Assembly: GCF_025056915.1 (NCBI RefSeq)
Contig: NZ_JANWVH010000002.1
Span: 1,024 to 65,023, forward strand
DNA: 64,000 nt
From: Meiothermus sp.
GTDB taxonomy: Bacteria; Deinococcota; Deinococci; Deinococcales; Thermaceae
Direction: 5' to 3'
The number at the start of each line of letters is the position of its first letter. Within the stretch, counting starts at the first letter, position 1. The translations under genes were made by a program, and so were the position numbers. A model generated the notes under the pieces. That model worked only from the letters and a program-made list of their open reading frames with translations, did no database searches and was not told where the DNA came from. Shown piece by piece: positions 38,433-48,228 of the stretch.

Positions 38433-38998
38433 CGACGTTCCATACGTCAATTTGCAACCCTCTGCCTTCTGCGTCAATCGGTATCTTACTACAATCCTAT
38501 GCGAAGTAAAGAGTCTGGAATCACCCCAGGACACGGTTAAGCATTGGCTCAAGTTGATCCGTGCCGGCGTTATTTTCCGGTGAGCTGAGCCTGAAGAACC
38601 CGTAGGCTTGCATGGGGGACATTTGTCCGGTTTGATTGAAGCTGACCACACTGTTTTCCTCATGGAGCCCACTAACCAATACCGTGGTGCTCGAGACCCT
38701 GGGCTCTTGTATCTCACATCGCCAGCATTCACAGGGCGGTTTCCTGCCTGGTGAGCGAAATAATACCGAATCCACAGACGAGGTAACATAAAGCCTCCTG
38801 AATCCAAGACCAGAACCAAAGCTATCTGACCCTGGAGCTATCTGACCCTGGCAAGCTGGACGAGATGCCACTCGGCAGAAGGCGTTGGGGCTCCAGCCAA
38901 GGGTACCCATTGCCTTTAGTGTTCTGCCTGCTCCTTGAAGGTCGTATCGCCCAATTGTGGCTTTAGGCCTCTCTTTCAGGGAGATTTGGTATTTGTGC

Positions 38999-39105
38999 TG
39001 TCGTTCCGAGGAGCACGCAGTGTGGCGAGAATCTGATACTGCACAGGGGTGGTGAAGGCGGGGGGACGGTAGCGCATCCGATTCCTCGCTGCGCTCGAAA
39101 TGACA
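38999..39105. repeat. REP-like inverted pair (TGTCGTTCCGAG...GAGAATC / GATTCCTCGCTGCGCTCGAAATGACA)
   Basis: The left arm aligns with the reverse complement of the right arm (tgtcatttcgagcgcagcgaggaatc) across a short spacer. Confidence 0.55.
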
Positions 39106-39173
39106 CCTTACATAGCCCCATTCTGGCTTTAGGTGTCGCTATGAGGGAGATTCGCTATGGGCGAGATTTGGTA

Positions 39174-39345
39174 TAAGTCAATCCTTGCCTGGACTCGCTC
39201 GGTTCCGTCCGGACCAGGTAGGGTGGCCGACCTGGCAGCAGGTGGGGGGTTCTGTCCGATACCCTCACCCAACCCTACTTGCACGTTAGGGAGGGGCTCG
39301 AGGGCTATCACGTTTTGGAATCTGTGCAAGGCTATGGGTATCTTT
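39174..39345 (-). repeat. Dispersed repeat family 2, copy 2
   Basis: Reverse complement reads aagataccc...cacagattccaaa..gatagccc...gagggtatcggacag...cggaaccgagcgagtccaggcaaggattgactta. Confidence 0.8.
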
Positions 39346-39470
39346 TCGAGTGTGCACCAGGAGGTTGAACTTGTACGGGGCAATGGGTTGGGACGTGCAG
39401 CGTATCACGGCTCCTGAGGGTGGTTCGTGATTGGCGGGATGCCGGAGTTTCGAGAGACAGCAGAATAAAC

Positions 39471-39491
39471 CTTGAGTGCGGTATGCTCAAG
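39471..39491. promoter_or_regulatory. HAIR (HspR operator)-like site upstream of lon
   Basis: CTTGAGT-gcggtat-GCTCAAG; one mismatch from CTTGAGT-N7-ACTCAAG. Confidence 0.72.
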
Positions 39492-39614
39492 TAGCCTAAG
39501 TGTAAGATTTGACCCTATCCATGGAGCAACACCTTATAAAATCAAACCATATATCGCTCCCATCCCGCCGAGAGAGCGACGAACCCCAGGCGGAACTCAG
39601 GAGATAGATACCCT

Positions 39615-41996
39615 ATGCGCTTAGAACTGCCGGTCATTCCACTGCGAAATACTGTAATCCTGCCGCATACCACTACGCCAGTGGATGTGGGCCGTGCCAA
39701 AAGCAAACGGGCGGTTGAAGAGGCAATGGGCGCCGACCGGTTGATCTTCCTGGTCGCACAGCGCGACCCGGAAGTGGACGACCCCACCCCGGACGACCTG
39801 TATGAATGGGGGGTGCAGGCCGTGGTCAAGCAGGCCATGCGCCTGCCCGACGGTACTTTGCAGGTGATGGTGGAGGCCCGCGCCCGCGCTGAAATCAAGG
39901 ACTATATCGCCGGGCCCTTCCTGCGGGCTCGAGGCGAAGTCTACGCCGAAGCCTTTCCCGCCGACGAGACCGTAACCCGTGTACTGGTCGAAGAGCTCAA
40001 GGATGCCTTCGATAAATACGTGGCAAACCACAAGTCGCTGCGGCTCGACCGCTACCAGCTCGAGGCGGTCAAAGGCACCACCGACCCCGCCGTACTGGCC
40101 GATACCATTGCCTATCATGCCACCTGGACGGTGGCCGAGAAGCAGGAGATCCTCGAGCTAACCGACCTCGAGGCCCGGCTGAAAAAGGTGCTTGAACTGC
40201 TGAGCCGCGACCTCGAGCGCTTCGAGCTCGACAAGAGGGTCGCTCAGCGGGTCAAGGATCAGATGGACACCAACCAGCGCGAGTACTACCTGCGTGAGCA
40301 GATGAAAGCCATCCAGAAGGAGCTGGGCGGCGAGGATGGCCTGAACGACCTGGAGGCGCTCCGCAAAAAGATCGAAGAGCTGGGCATGCCGGAGGTGGTC
40401 AAGACCAAGGCCCTCAAGGAGCTGGATCGCCTCGAGCGCATGCAGCAGGGCAGCCCCGAGGCCACCGTGGCCCGCACCTACCTGGACTGGCTGACCGAGG
40501 TTCCCTGGACCAAAGCCGACCCCGAGGTGCTGGACATCAACCACACCCGGCAAATACTGGACGAAGACCACTTCGGCCTCAAGGATGTCAAGGAGCGCAT
40601 CCTGGAGTACCTGGCGGTGCGGCAGATGACCGCCCACCTCGAGGTGCGCAACAAGGCCCCCATCCTGGTGCTGGTGGGGCCGCCAGGGGTCGGCAAGACC
40701 TCGCTGGGGCGCAGCATCGCCCGGAGCATGAACCGCAAGTTCCACCGCATCTCGCTGGGCGGGGTGCGCGACGAGGCCGAAATCCGGGGCCACCGCCGCA
40801 CCTACATCGGGGCCATGCCGGGCAAGCTGATTCACGCCATGAAGCAGGTGGGGGTGGTCAACCCGGTGATCCTGCTGGACGAGATTGACAAGATGAGCTC
40901 GGACTGGCGCGGCGACCCCGCCAGCGCCATGCTGGAAGTGCTCGACCCCGAGCAGAACAACACCTTTACCGACCACTACCTCGACGTGCCTTACGACCTT
41001 TCCAAGGTCTTCTTCATCACCACCGCCAACACCCTGCAAACCATCCCCCGCCCCCTGCTGGACCGGATGGAGGTCATCGAGATTCCCGGCTACACCAACC
41101 TCGAGAAAGCCGCCATCGCCCGGCAGTACCTCTGGCCCAAACAGGTCAGGGAAGCCGGCATGGAGGGCAAGATCGAAGTGACCGACGCCGCCATCATGCG
41201 GGTCATCAACGAATACACCCGCGAGGCCGGGGTGCGGGGCCTGGAGCGCGAGCTGGGCAAGATTGCCCGCAAGGGGGCCAAGTTCTGGCTCGAGGGCAGC
41301 TGGGAAGGCCTGCGCACGGTGGACGCGCCCGACGTGCCTGCCTACCTGGGCATCCCCCGGTTCCGCCCCGACAAGGCCGAGACCGAGCCCCAGGTGGGCA
41401 CCGCCCAGGGCCTGGCCTGGACCCCTGTGGGCGGCACCCTGCTGACCATCGAGGTGGCTGCGGTTCCCGGAAGCGGCAAACTCTCGCTGACCGGCCAGCT
41501 CGGCGAGGTCATGAAGGAGTCGGCCCAGGCAGCCCTCACCTACCTGCGGGCCCACGCCAGCACCTATGGCCTTCCCGAAGACTTCCACAACAAGGTAGAC
41601 CTGCACGTGCACGTCCCCGACGGGGCCACCCCCAAGGACGGCCCCAGCGCCGGCATCACCATGACCACCGCCATCGCCAGTGCGCTCAGCCGCCGCCCTG
41701 TCCGCATGGACATCGCCATGACCGGCGAGGTCAGCCTGCGCGGCAAGGTGATGCCCATCGGCGGGGTCAAGGAGAAACTCCTGGCCGCCCACCAGGCCGG
41801 CATTCACAAGATTGTGCTGCCCAGAGACAATGAGCCCCAGCTCGAGGATCTGCCCAAAGAAGTGCTGGAAGGGCTAGAAATCAAGCTGGTGGAGGACGTG
41901 GGCGAGGTGCTGGCCTACCTGCTGCTGCCCGAGCCCGTAATGCCCCCTGTGGTTCAACCCTCGGACAACCGCCAGCAACCCGGCGCGGGCGCCTAG
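39615..41996 (+). CDS. lon: ATP-dependent Lon protease
   Basis: LON_N domain, Walker A GPPGVGKT, Walker B LLDEIDK, catalytic [14 protein letters not shown]. Confidence 0.98.
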   Translation: MRLELPVIPLRNTVILPHTTTPVDVGRAKSKRAVEEAMGADRLIFLVAQRDPEVDDPTPDDLYEWGVQAVVKQAMRLPDGTLQVMVEARARAEIKDYIAGPFLRARGEVYAEAFPADETVTRVLVEELKDAFDKYVANHKSLRLDRYQLEAVKGTTDPAVLADTIAYHATWTVAEKQEILELTDLEARLKKVLELLSRDLERFELDKRVAQRVKDQMDTNQREYYLREQMKAIQKELGGEDGLNDLEALRKKIEELGMPEVVKTKALKELDRLERMQQGSPEATVARTYLDWLTEVPWTKADPEVLDINHTRQILDEDHFGLKDVKERILEYLAVRQMTAHLEVRNKAPILVLVGPPGVGKTSLGRSIARSMNRKFHRISLGGVRDEAEIRGHRRTYIGAMPGKLIHAMKQVGVVNPVILLDEIDKMSSDWRGDPASAMLEVLDPEQNNTFTDHYLDVPYDLSKVFFITTANTLQTIPRPLLDRMEVIEIPGYTNLEKAAIARQYLWPKQVREAGMEGKIEVTDAAIMRVINEYTREAGVRGLERELGKIARKGAKFWLEGSWEGLRTVDAPDVPAYLGIPRFRPDKAETEPQVGTAQGLAWTPVGGTLLTIEVAAVPGSGKLSLTGQLGEVMKESAQAALTYLRAHASTYGLPEDFHNKVDLHVHVPDGATPKDGPSAGITMTTAIASALSRRPVRMDIAMTGEVSLRGKVMPIGGVKEKLLAAHQAGIHKIVLPRDNEPQLEDLPKEVLEGLEIKLVEDVGEVLAYLLLPEPVMPPVVQPSDNRQQPGAGA

Positions 41997-42011
41997 GGCC
42001 CGAAAAACAAC

Positions 42012-42042
42012 CCCCCTCCCAGAAGCCAGGGAGGGGGTTTTT
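42012..42042 (+). terminator. Intrinsic, probably bidirectional terminator after lon
   Basis: ccccctccc-agaagcca-gggaggggg followed by TTTTT; A-rich tract on the 5' side. Confidence 0.8.
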
Positions 42043-42141
42043 GCTCGAACCCTTTGCCAGCTGTGGGAGCCGTCAGGCAGGGAGCGATGGTTTGGGGCAA
42101 GGTGGGCTGTTGTGAACCCACCCACCAGCCCACATGACCGG

Positions 42142-42408
42142 CTATTCGTTGAGGGCTTCCCAGAAGCTTCGCTGCAACTCCGGGGCCGTCATCAGGCGGC
42201 TGCCCTGCTTGCGCCGCACCCTGGGCTGTCCCCGCATCCCCCGCTCAGCCAGTTCCCGCGCTACTGCTTCCAGGGCTTGCTTGAGGTTCTGGGTGGGCCG
42301 GTAGAAGACCTCGCGCCGCAGTCGGCCCAGATGGTCGAAAAACTCCACCTGCACCACGGCCCGGCCCTGCTCCTGCCAGACCAGCACCTGATCCAGTCGA
42401 GGCTCCAC
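42142..42408 (-). CDS. Small hypothetical protein (88 aa)
   Basis: Fills the lon-nrdJ gap, plausible composition, TATCCT 6 nt upstream of the GTG (leaderless geometry). Confidence 0.6.
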   Translation of the reverse strand: MEPRLDQVLVWQEQGRAVVQVEFFDHLGRLRREVFYRPTQNLKQALEAVARELAERGMRGQPRVRRKQGSRLMTAPELQRSFWEALNE

Positions 42409-42577
42409 CAGTCCAGGATAACGGCTCGCCTGTGGATTCGGACGACCCCATCCAACCCTTCGGTAAGACCATCCGCAGGGCCCTACCCGGTACAGCCTTT
42501 GCTGACCGGCACACCATGCGCCGTCCGGGCAAGGCTAATGGAGAAAAGCGCGGTTAGAGCATCTCTACGGGATGGTA

Positions 42578-45547
42578 TCACCCGCACTTGCTATACCCAC
42601 AGCTATAGCACTTCGTGCATCCTTCCTCGCGCACCAGGTTTTCGTCGCCACACTCTGGACACCTGCCCAGGCCCGTGTTGCCCCTGGCAGACGGGCTGTT
42701 GTGGATGGGTGCGGTCATGGCCCGCTGCATGGCCTGGGGCACCCTGTTGTCGTCCAGGGGCATCTGGGCGGCCTTGCGCTCGCCTTCTGCAATCTGGATT
42801 TTGCTGGTGGTCTCCAGGGCGACTGCAATCAGGTCGGCCTTGCTGGTGACGAACCGGCCCTGGTAGCTGCCATACAGGCCGCCGTTGATGCCGCGCAGGG
42901 TCTTGACCAGCTCGGCCACCGGCACCCCATATTGCAGGGCTTTAGAAATGATGCGGCCCAGGGCCTCGCTGTCGGCGTTGGCTTCATCTCCGGCTTTGCC
43001 TGAGGTCAGGATGACTTCTACCGGATGCTCACCCTGCATGTTCACCGTAACCAGAAAGCCCCTGCGGGTGCCATCGGCGGCGGTGAGCTTGACCATGTCG
43101 GTGTACCCGACCAGGCGGCCCGTGCGCTCGAAGATGGGGCGGGCCGGGAGCTGACCCCCATGCTCGGTCGCAGGGCTCGAGGGGACCTCAAGCAAAGCCG
43201 GCTGCACGGCTATGGTCTCCTGGTTTTTATCCTCGGCTTTCTTTTCTTCTTTGCTCACCGAGAGCACCTGGTATTCGCGACTGCCATCGCGGTAAACCGT
43301 GATGCCCTTGCAACCGGTTCTGTAGGCCTCGGTGTAGGCCGCCTCCACATCCTCTACGGTGGCCTGGTTGGGCAGGTTGATGGTCTTGGAGAGCGAGTTG
43401 GCCGCGTAGCCCTCAGCGTCGAAGGCGGTCTGCACCACCCCCTGCATACGCACGTGATCCAGCGGCGGCACGTCGTGAGCGCCTTCAAACACATTGCCAA
43501 TGGCGCTGGGGATGCCCTCCAGCCCTTTCACGCTGCCGTGGTGGGCCTGAATGGCTTCAATAATGGCATCCCAGTCCCAGGCGCCGTTCTTGGCAAACCG
43601 CCCCTCGGCGGGGAACTGCTCCATCATCTCCACAAACAAAGGGTGCAATAAAGCCTTGTACTGACCGCCAATACGCCGCCACATGAAGGGGGAGAACATC
43701 GGCTCTATACCGCTGGAAACCCCCATCAGCATGCTGGTGGTGCCGGTGGGGGCCACCGTCAGCACCGCCACGTTGCGGCGGGGGCGGATGCCCAGCGCCT
43801 CGAAGGCTGCACGGTTTTGCTCATAGACCGGAAACACGCCCCGCTCCTGCCCCAGCCGCTCCGACTCGGCGATGGCCTCCTCGCGCATGACGTTCATCAC
43901 CTGAGCCACCACCCGACGGGCCGCCTCTGAGGAGTAGGGCAGCCCCATCTTGATCAGCATGTCGGCCAGGCCCATGACCCCCAGGCCCAGGCGGCGCAGG
44001 GTCTGACTGGCCACGCGGTTGTCTTCCAGGGCGAACACATTCACGTCCAGCACGTTGTCCAGGAAGCGGATGGCAGTGTGGACATCTTTGCGGAAGGCCG
44101 CATAGTCAAACTCGCCGTTTTCTACATAAGCCGCCAGATTAATGGCCCCCAGGTCGCAGGGCTCGCCCACGGTGAGGGGAATCTCACCGCAGGGGTTGGT
44201 GGAGCGAATCTGATACCGGGGCCCCAGGTTCTTGAGGGCTGAAAGCTCGTTGATGCGATCCACGAAGATCAGGCCGGGCTCGCCGGTGGCCCAGGCGTGC
44301 CAGGCAATCTCGTGCCAGAGCCACTTGGCCGGCACCTTACCACCGTAAACCGGAATGGGACGGGCGCCGTCCTGGGCGCGTTCGGGCAGGTCGGGCAAAA
44401 CCCCGTTGTACGCGCCCTGCACGGGATGAGGGTAGTACTTGCCCGGCACCTCGGAGGGTTCGACCGCCCACAGACCATCGGCCTGCAATACCTGCCAGAA
44501 GGCTTCGGTGACCAGGATCGAGATGTTGAAGGTGGAGATATCGCCCTCGCTGGCCTCACGGTCGAGGTCTTTGGCGGTCAGGAAGTCGAGCAGGTCGGGG
44601 TGGTCAATGGCGATGGTGGCCATGCCGGCTCCCCGCCGGGTGCCACCCTGGCGCACAACCCGCAGCACCGGGGCGTACACGTAACGCAGAGTGGCGACGG
44701 GGCCAGCTTTTTCGGCCCCCAGGTTGGCCCACTCCAGAAAGTTGTCGAAAATTTCCACTAGAAAACTCACCGGGCCACTGCTGGTGCCCCCACTGCCCTT
44801 AATCTCAGCACCTTCGGGGCGCAGGCTGCTGAAATCCACGTGCGGCTCCTGGCCCTTGACCGCCAGGCTCAGGGCGGCCTTGGCAGCCTCGATAATGCCA
44901 CGCATATCATCGGGCACCCCCAGCACGTCGCTGGGTTTTTCCCGCACAGTCATAACCCCGTTGCGCCGGGCCAGTGCGGCCAGTTCCGGCTTCAATAGTC
45001 CATAGACCACCCGTGTCCAGTTACGCACGGTGATGTTTTCCTTTTCGCCATCGGGGTTGATGGGGGGGCGCATGAGGCCCTTGATGAAGTCTTCGACGTC
45101 GGCATGATCGGCAGCAATGTAGGCAAAACCACGCACGGTTCCGCGGGAACCGGCGTTCTTGCGCGAGACGTAGGGGTCGAGGTTGACCCCATTGCCCCCA
45201 CCCACCTTGGTGACCAGGGCCAGCTTGGTGGCCACTTCCAGCACCCCATCAAAACTGCTGGGCTCGTGCTCGGTCGCTCCCTGCACGAAGCAGTTGAGCA
45301 CGTTGCCATGCTGGGTGCCCGCCCCTGCCAGTACCCGCCCACCCGGGCAGAAGCGTTTGGAGGCCATCAACTGGTAAAACTGCTCGGCCCAGTATTTTTT
45401 GTCCTGGTCAGATTTTTCAGGCGAGGCCACCCAGTTGGCCACCCGGCGAAACATGCCAAACACGTCCCCATCGCCTGGCTGCATGTACTGGCGCTTGGCG
45501 ATGGCTTGAGCGTGGTCATCAAACGGTGCGGGCGAAAAGCTATTCAT
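42578..45547 (-). CDS. nrdJ: Adenosylcobalamin-dependent (class II) ribonucleotide reductase with TSCPD-like domain and C-terminal Zn ribbon
   Basis: FCPGGRVL, LNCFV, RQGGTRRGA, TNPCGEIPL, CDLG, APTGT, KGITVYRDGSR, CPECG..CYSCGYSKCG; GGAGG RBS before ATG 45547. Confidence 0.95.
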   Translation of the reverse strand: MNSFSPAPFDDHAQAIAKRQYMQPGDGDVFGMFRRVANWVASPEKSDQDKKYWAEQFYQLMASKRFCPGGRVLAGAGTQHGNVLNCFVQGATEHEPSSFDGVLEVATKLALVTKVGGGNGVNLDPYVSRKNAGSRGTVRGFAYIAADHADVEDFIKGLMRPPINPDGEKENITVRNWTRVVYGLLKPELAALARRNGVMTVREKPSDVLGVPDDMRGIIEAAKAALSLAVKGQEPHVDFSSLRPEGAEIKGSGGTSSGPVSFLVEIFDNFLEWANLGAEKAGPVATLRYVYAPVLRVVRQGGTRRGAGMATIAIDHPDLLDFLTAKDLDREASEGDISTFNISILVTEAFWQVLQADGLWAVEPSEVPGKYYPHPVQGAYNGVLPDLPERAQDGARPIPVYGGKVPAKWLWHEIAWHAWATGEPGLIFVDRINELSALKNLGPRYQIRSTNPCGEIPLTVGEPCDLGAINLAAYVENGEFDYAAFRKDVHTAIRFLDNVLDVNVFALEDNRVASQTLRRLGLGVMGLADMLIKMGLPYSSEAARRVVAQVMNVMREEAIAESERLGQERGVFPVYEQNRAAFEALGIRPRRNVAVLTVAPTGTTSMLMGVSSGIEPMFSPFMWRRIGGQYKALLHPLFVEMMEQFPAEGRFAKNGAWDWDAIIEAIQAHHGSVKGLEGIPSAIGNVFEGAHDVPPLDHVRMQGVVQTAFDAEGYAANSLSKTINLPNQATVEDVEAAYTEAYRTGCKGITVYRDGSREYQVLSVSKEEKKAEDKNQETIAVQPALLEVPSSPATEHGGQLPARPIFERTGRLVGYTDMVKLTAADGTRRGFLVTVNMQGEHPVEVILTSGKAGDEANADSEALGRIISKALQYGVPVAELVKTLRGINGGLYGSYQGRFVTSKADLIAVALETTSKIQIAEGERKAAQMPLDDNRVPQAMQRAMTAPIHNSPSARGNTGLGRCPECGDENLVREEGCTKCYSCGYSKCG

Positions 45548-45590
45548 GATGTCCTCCAATGTGAACCAGAAATCCCCAGCCACCTAAGTG

Positions 45591-45637
45591 GCACAAGATA
45601 TGGGGGGTTTCGGGTTAGATGCTACTACTTGTTGTAT
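45591..45637. promoter_or_regulatory. Proximal tandem NrdR boxes (GCACAAGATATGGGGG; CTACTACTTGTTGTAT)
   Basis: Two 16-mers resembling acaCwAtATaTwGtgt, starts 31 bp apart, overlapping a minus-strand TTGCCA-N18-TAGCAT promoter. Confidence 0.68.
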
Positions 45638-45711
45638 GTTTTTGGCAAGAGGTTTTGATTTTGGTACAGGCAGAATACTGTAAAAGCTAAGAAATAATCA
45701 AGCCTCGAGCC

Positions 45712-45758
45712 CACATATATTTAGGATTTAGGGCAATGGATACTACTATACGTAGTAT
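45712..45758. promoter_or_regulatory. Distal tandem NrdR boxes (CACATATATTTAGGAT; CTACTATACGTAGTAT)
   Basis: Starts 31 bp apart, overlapping a minus-strand TTGACC(45764-9)-N18-TAGTAT(45740-5) promoter. Confidence 0.65.
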
Positions 45759-45959
45759 TTGTCGGTCAAATCTATTCTGCTATGTTCAGAAACTGGCTTC
45801 AGATTTACTTCGGTGCTATGAGCAAACAGGGCCTTAGTGTCCAAATTCATGTCGCGTCAGTAAGCGAGCAGCGCTTACGTAAAGAGCCGGTTTTTATCCA
45901 CCAGCCCCCCCCGAACACTTTGCGGGCTCGAGCGCATTGCTGGCTCCACCTCGAAATTT

Positions 45960-47417
45960 TCAAACCTGAAGGGTCTGCCAGACCGCCAGCGAGAATGGCT
46001 CCAGAACGCCGTCCTCGAGATAACCCCGCACACACCGGCCCTCCTTGCCCGATAGCAGGTCTGTGGCCTGCTCTCCACGAGGCCAGAGGCCGTGCAGCGG
46101 AACGCTGATGCGCCAGGGCTCGGGCGAGGCGTTGATGGTCACCACCACGCTGCTTTGTCCAAGGGTGCGGGCAAAGGCCAGATGGGCATCCTGGGCATAA
46201 AGGTACTGGTATCGGCCCCGCCGCAAGACCGGCAAGGACTGCCGCAGGGCCGCCATCCGCTGAATGGTTTGCATCAGGGGTTTATGCCAGCGGGCCTCAT
46301 CCCAGATCATCCCCCGGCGGTTGTCGGGGTCGTGGCCCCCGGCCATGCCTATTTCGTCGCCGTAATAGACCGTGGGCGCCCCCGGCAGGGTAAAAAGCAT
46401 GGCAAAAGCCAGCTGCACCCGCTCGAGCTGCCCCCGCAGGAGGCTGAAAATGCGGGGCGTGTCGTGCGAGGTCATGATGTTCATCTGGGCGGTTACGATA
46501 TCCCAGTCGTAGCGGCGAAAAAGCTCCTCGAGGCGGTTGTGGCAGGCCATAGCCCCCAGGGTTTCCAGCCGCCCCAGACCGCTCCTGGCAGCCAGGTCTT
46601 TGTCCAGCACCTCGCCCCCCACAAAACCCAGAATGGCCCGCCCCAGCGGGTAGTTCATCACCGCATCGAACTGGTCACCCTGTAGCCACCGGCTTGCGTC
46701 GTCCCAAATTTCGCCCACGATGTAGGCCTCGGGGTTCTGGGCCTTGACCCGGCGGCGAAACTCGCGCCAGAACTCGTCGTCGTCAATTTCGTTGGGCACA
46801 TCCAGCCGCCAGCCATCAATGCCATACTGAAACCAGTATTCCCCCACCGACAGCAAATACGCCCGACACTCGGGGTTGGCGGTGTTGAATTTGGGCAGCT
46901 CGGGGTTGTTCCACCAGGCCGCGTAGTTGGCGTGTTTGGCATAGGCGTTCAGGGGAAACCTGTAGATGTGGAACCAGTCGCGGTAGGGCGAGGCGGCCTC
47001 GTTTTCCATCACATGCTGAAAAGCAAAGTGGGCCCGCCCGCAGTGGTTGAAAACGCCATCCAGCACCACCCGCAGGTCTCGCCGGTGGGCTTCCTCGACC
47101 AGCTTCCGCAAGGCCACATTGCCGCCCAACATGGGGTCTACCTGGAAATAGTCGCTGGTGTGGTAGCGGTGGTTCGCGGTCGAGCTGAAAATGGGGCAAA
47201 AATAAAGTGCACTAAAGCCCAGCTCCTTGATGTAGTCGAGCTTCTCGATCACGCCCCACAGATTGCCCCCCTTAAAGCCGCGCAAGGTGGGCGGAGCGTC
47301 CCAGGCTTCAAAACCGCTGTGTACCGGCGCAGGGCTGGCCGGCGGCCCGGCCCCAATGCGAAAACGATCTGGAAATATCTGATAGAAAACTGCGTCTTTG
47401 ACCCACTCTGGTGTCAT
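45960..47417 (-). CDS. GH13 alpha-amylase family (neopullulanase/cyclomaltodextrinase-like)
   Basis: AVFYQIFPDRF, NHRYHTSDY, DGVFNH, DGWRLDVPNE, GEIW, SHD, YYGDEIG; GGGAG RBS before ATG 47417. Confidence 0.93.
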   Translation of the reverse strand: MTPEWVKDAVFYQIFPDRFRIGAGPPASPAPVHSGFEAWDAPPTLRGFKGGNLWGVIEKLDYIKELGFSALYFCPIFSSTANHRYHTSDYFQVDPMLGGNVALRKLVEEAHRRDLRVVLDGVFNHCGRAHFAFQHVMENEAASPYRDWFHIYRFPLNAYAKHANYAAWWNNPELPKFNTANPECRAYLLSVGEYWFQYGIDGWRLDVPNEIDDDEFWREFRRRVKAQNPEAYIVGEIWDDASRWLQGDQFDAVMNYPLGRAILGFVGGEVLDKDLAARSGLGRLETLGAMACHNRLEELFRRYDWDIVTAQMNIMTSHDTPRIFSLLRGQLERVQLAFAMLFTLPGAPTVYYGDEIGMAGGHDPDNRRGMIWDEARWHKPLMQTIQRMAALRQSLPVLRRGRYQYLYAQDAHLAFARTLGQSSVVVTINASPEPWRISVPLHGLWPRGEQATDLLSGKEGRCVRGYLEDGVLEPFSLAVWQTLQV

Positions 47418-47430
47418 CCAAGCTCCCACA

Positions 47431-47444
47431 AGAAAACGCTTGCA
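47431..47444. promoter_or_regulatory. LacI-family operator-like site upstream of the GH13 gene (reverse complement TGCAAGCGTTTTCT)
   Basis: Matches TGNAANCGNTTNCA except at the last base; 13 nt upstream of the start. Confidence 0.65.
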
Positions 47445-47723
47445 CGTTGCCAGGGGTTAGTCTAAACCTTACAGGCAAAATCTCAAGTGTAAGCAAACAG
47501 AAATTCGTTATGGGGATATTTGCAAAGGTTCGCAATGTGCTTGCGATAGGCTCCATCGCTGATGTAGAACCTGCCGTACCCCAAAGCGCCGCGATTCACA
47601 CCGCCACCGATGGGCCCTTCACAGGGTGGCCTTTTCCCCTGCCGAACAAGCTTTGTTCGTTTCCCAGTTTCTTTTTGGGCGCAGGCGGCCACACCCGCCA
47701 ACGCAGGTTCGATGTTCGCAGAT

Positions 47724-47853
47724 AGATACCCATACACCCCCACAGATTCCAAAGAATGATAGCCCTCAAGCCCCTACCAACCGCGCAGGTAGGGTCGGGG
47801 AGGGTCTCGGACAAGACCCCCCATCTGCTGGCAGGTCAGCCACCACGCCTGGC
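47724..47853 (+). repeat. Dispersed repeat family 2, copy 3 (3'-truncated)
   Basis: agatacccat..cacagattccaaagaatgatagccctcaagcccc...gagggtctcggacaagaccccccatctgctggcaggtcagccacc. Confidence 0.75.
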
Positions 47854-47880
47854 CCCGCGCCTTACACGTCTCTCGGCTTA

Positions 47881-48038
47881 TCGCGTTCTTCACAGACGTG
47901 GCCGCCCACGAAAACGAGAAGGGACAAAGAGACGTGCCTCACCGAGACGCATGTTTTCGAGTTTCCAGAGCGGTCACTTTTCTGTTCAGAACCAGGCTTT
48001 CTCGAACTCGAATGGCTCATAATTTGTGAAGAGCGCTC
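47881..48038 (+). mobile_element. MITE-like repeat family 1, 158-bp internally deleted copy, TA-flanked
   Basis: TA(47879-80)|TCGCGTTCTTCACA...TGTGAAGAGCGCTC|TA(48039-40); the deletion joins at a short ccgag repeat. Confidence 0.85.
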
Positions 48039-48228
48039 TATACCTCAAAACGAAGGGGGAATCTTTGGTTGATTTGTTACCCTATGTGCTGCCAGGACAG
48101 CCCTTTTCAGCCGTTGCGGTGGCCTTGCCGAGCGGGGCCAGGGCTTGAGGGCCTCTGCAAAGAGGCGGCTGCAAGATAAAGAAGACGAGCGGGACAAGGT
48201 GGGTTCGGTATGATACGATGCCCCAGTT

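Noticed and set aside
42578-45547. Intein or intron in nrdJ (also checked lon, rpoB and rpoC by eye)
   Set aside because: Catalytic motifs are contiguous, and I saw no Cys/Ser...His-Asn intein termini or unexplained long insert.
47483-47752. Short ORFs in the GH13-gmk spacer
   Set aside because: No recognisable motif, RBS or leaderless geometry, and they partly overlap repeat family 2.
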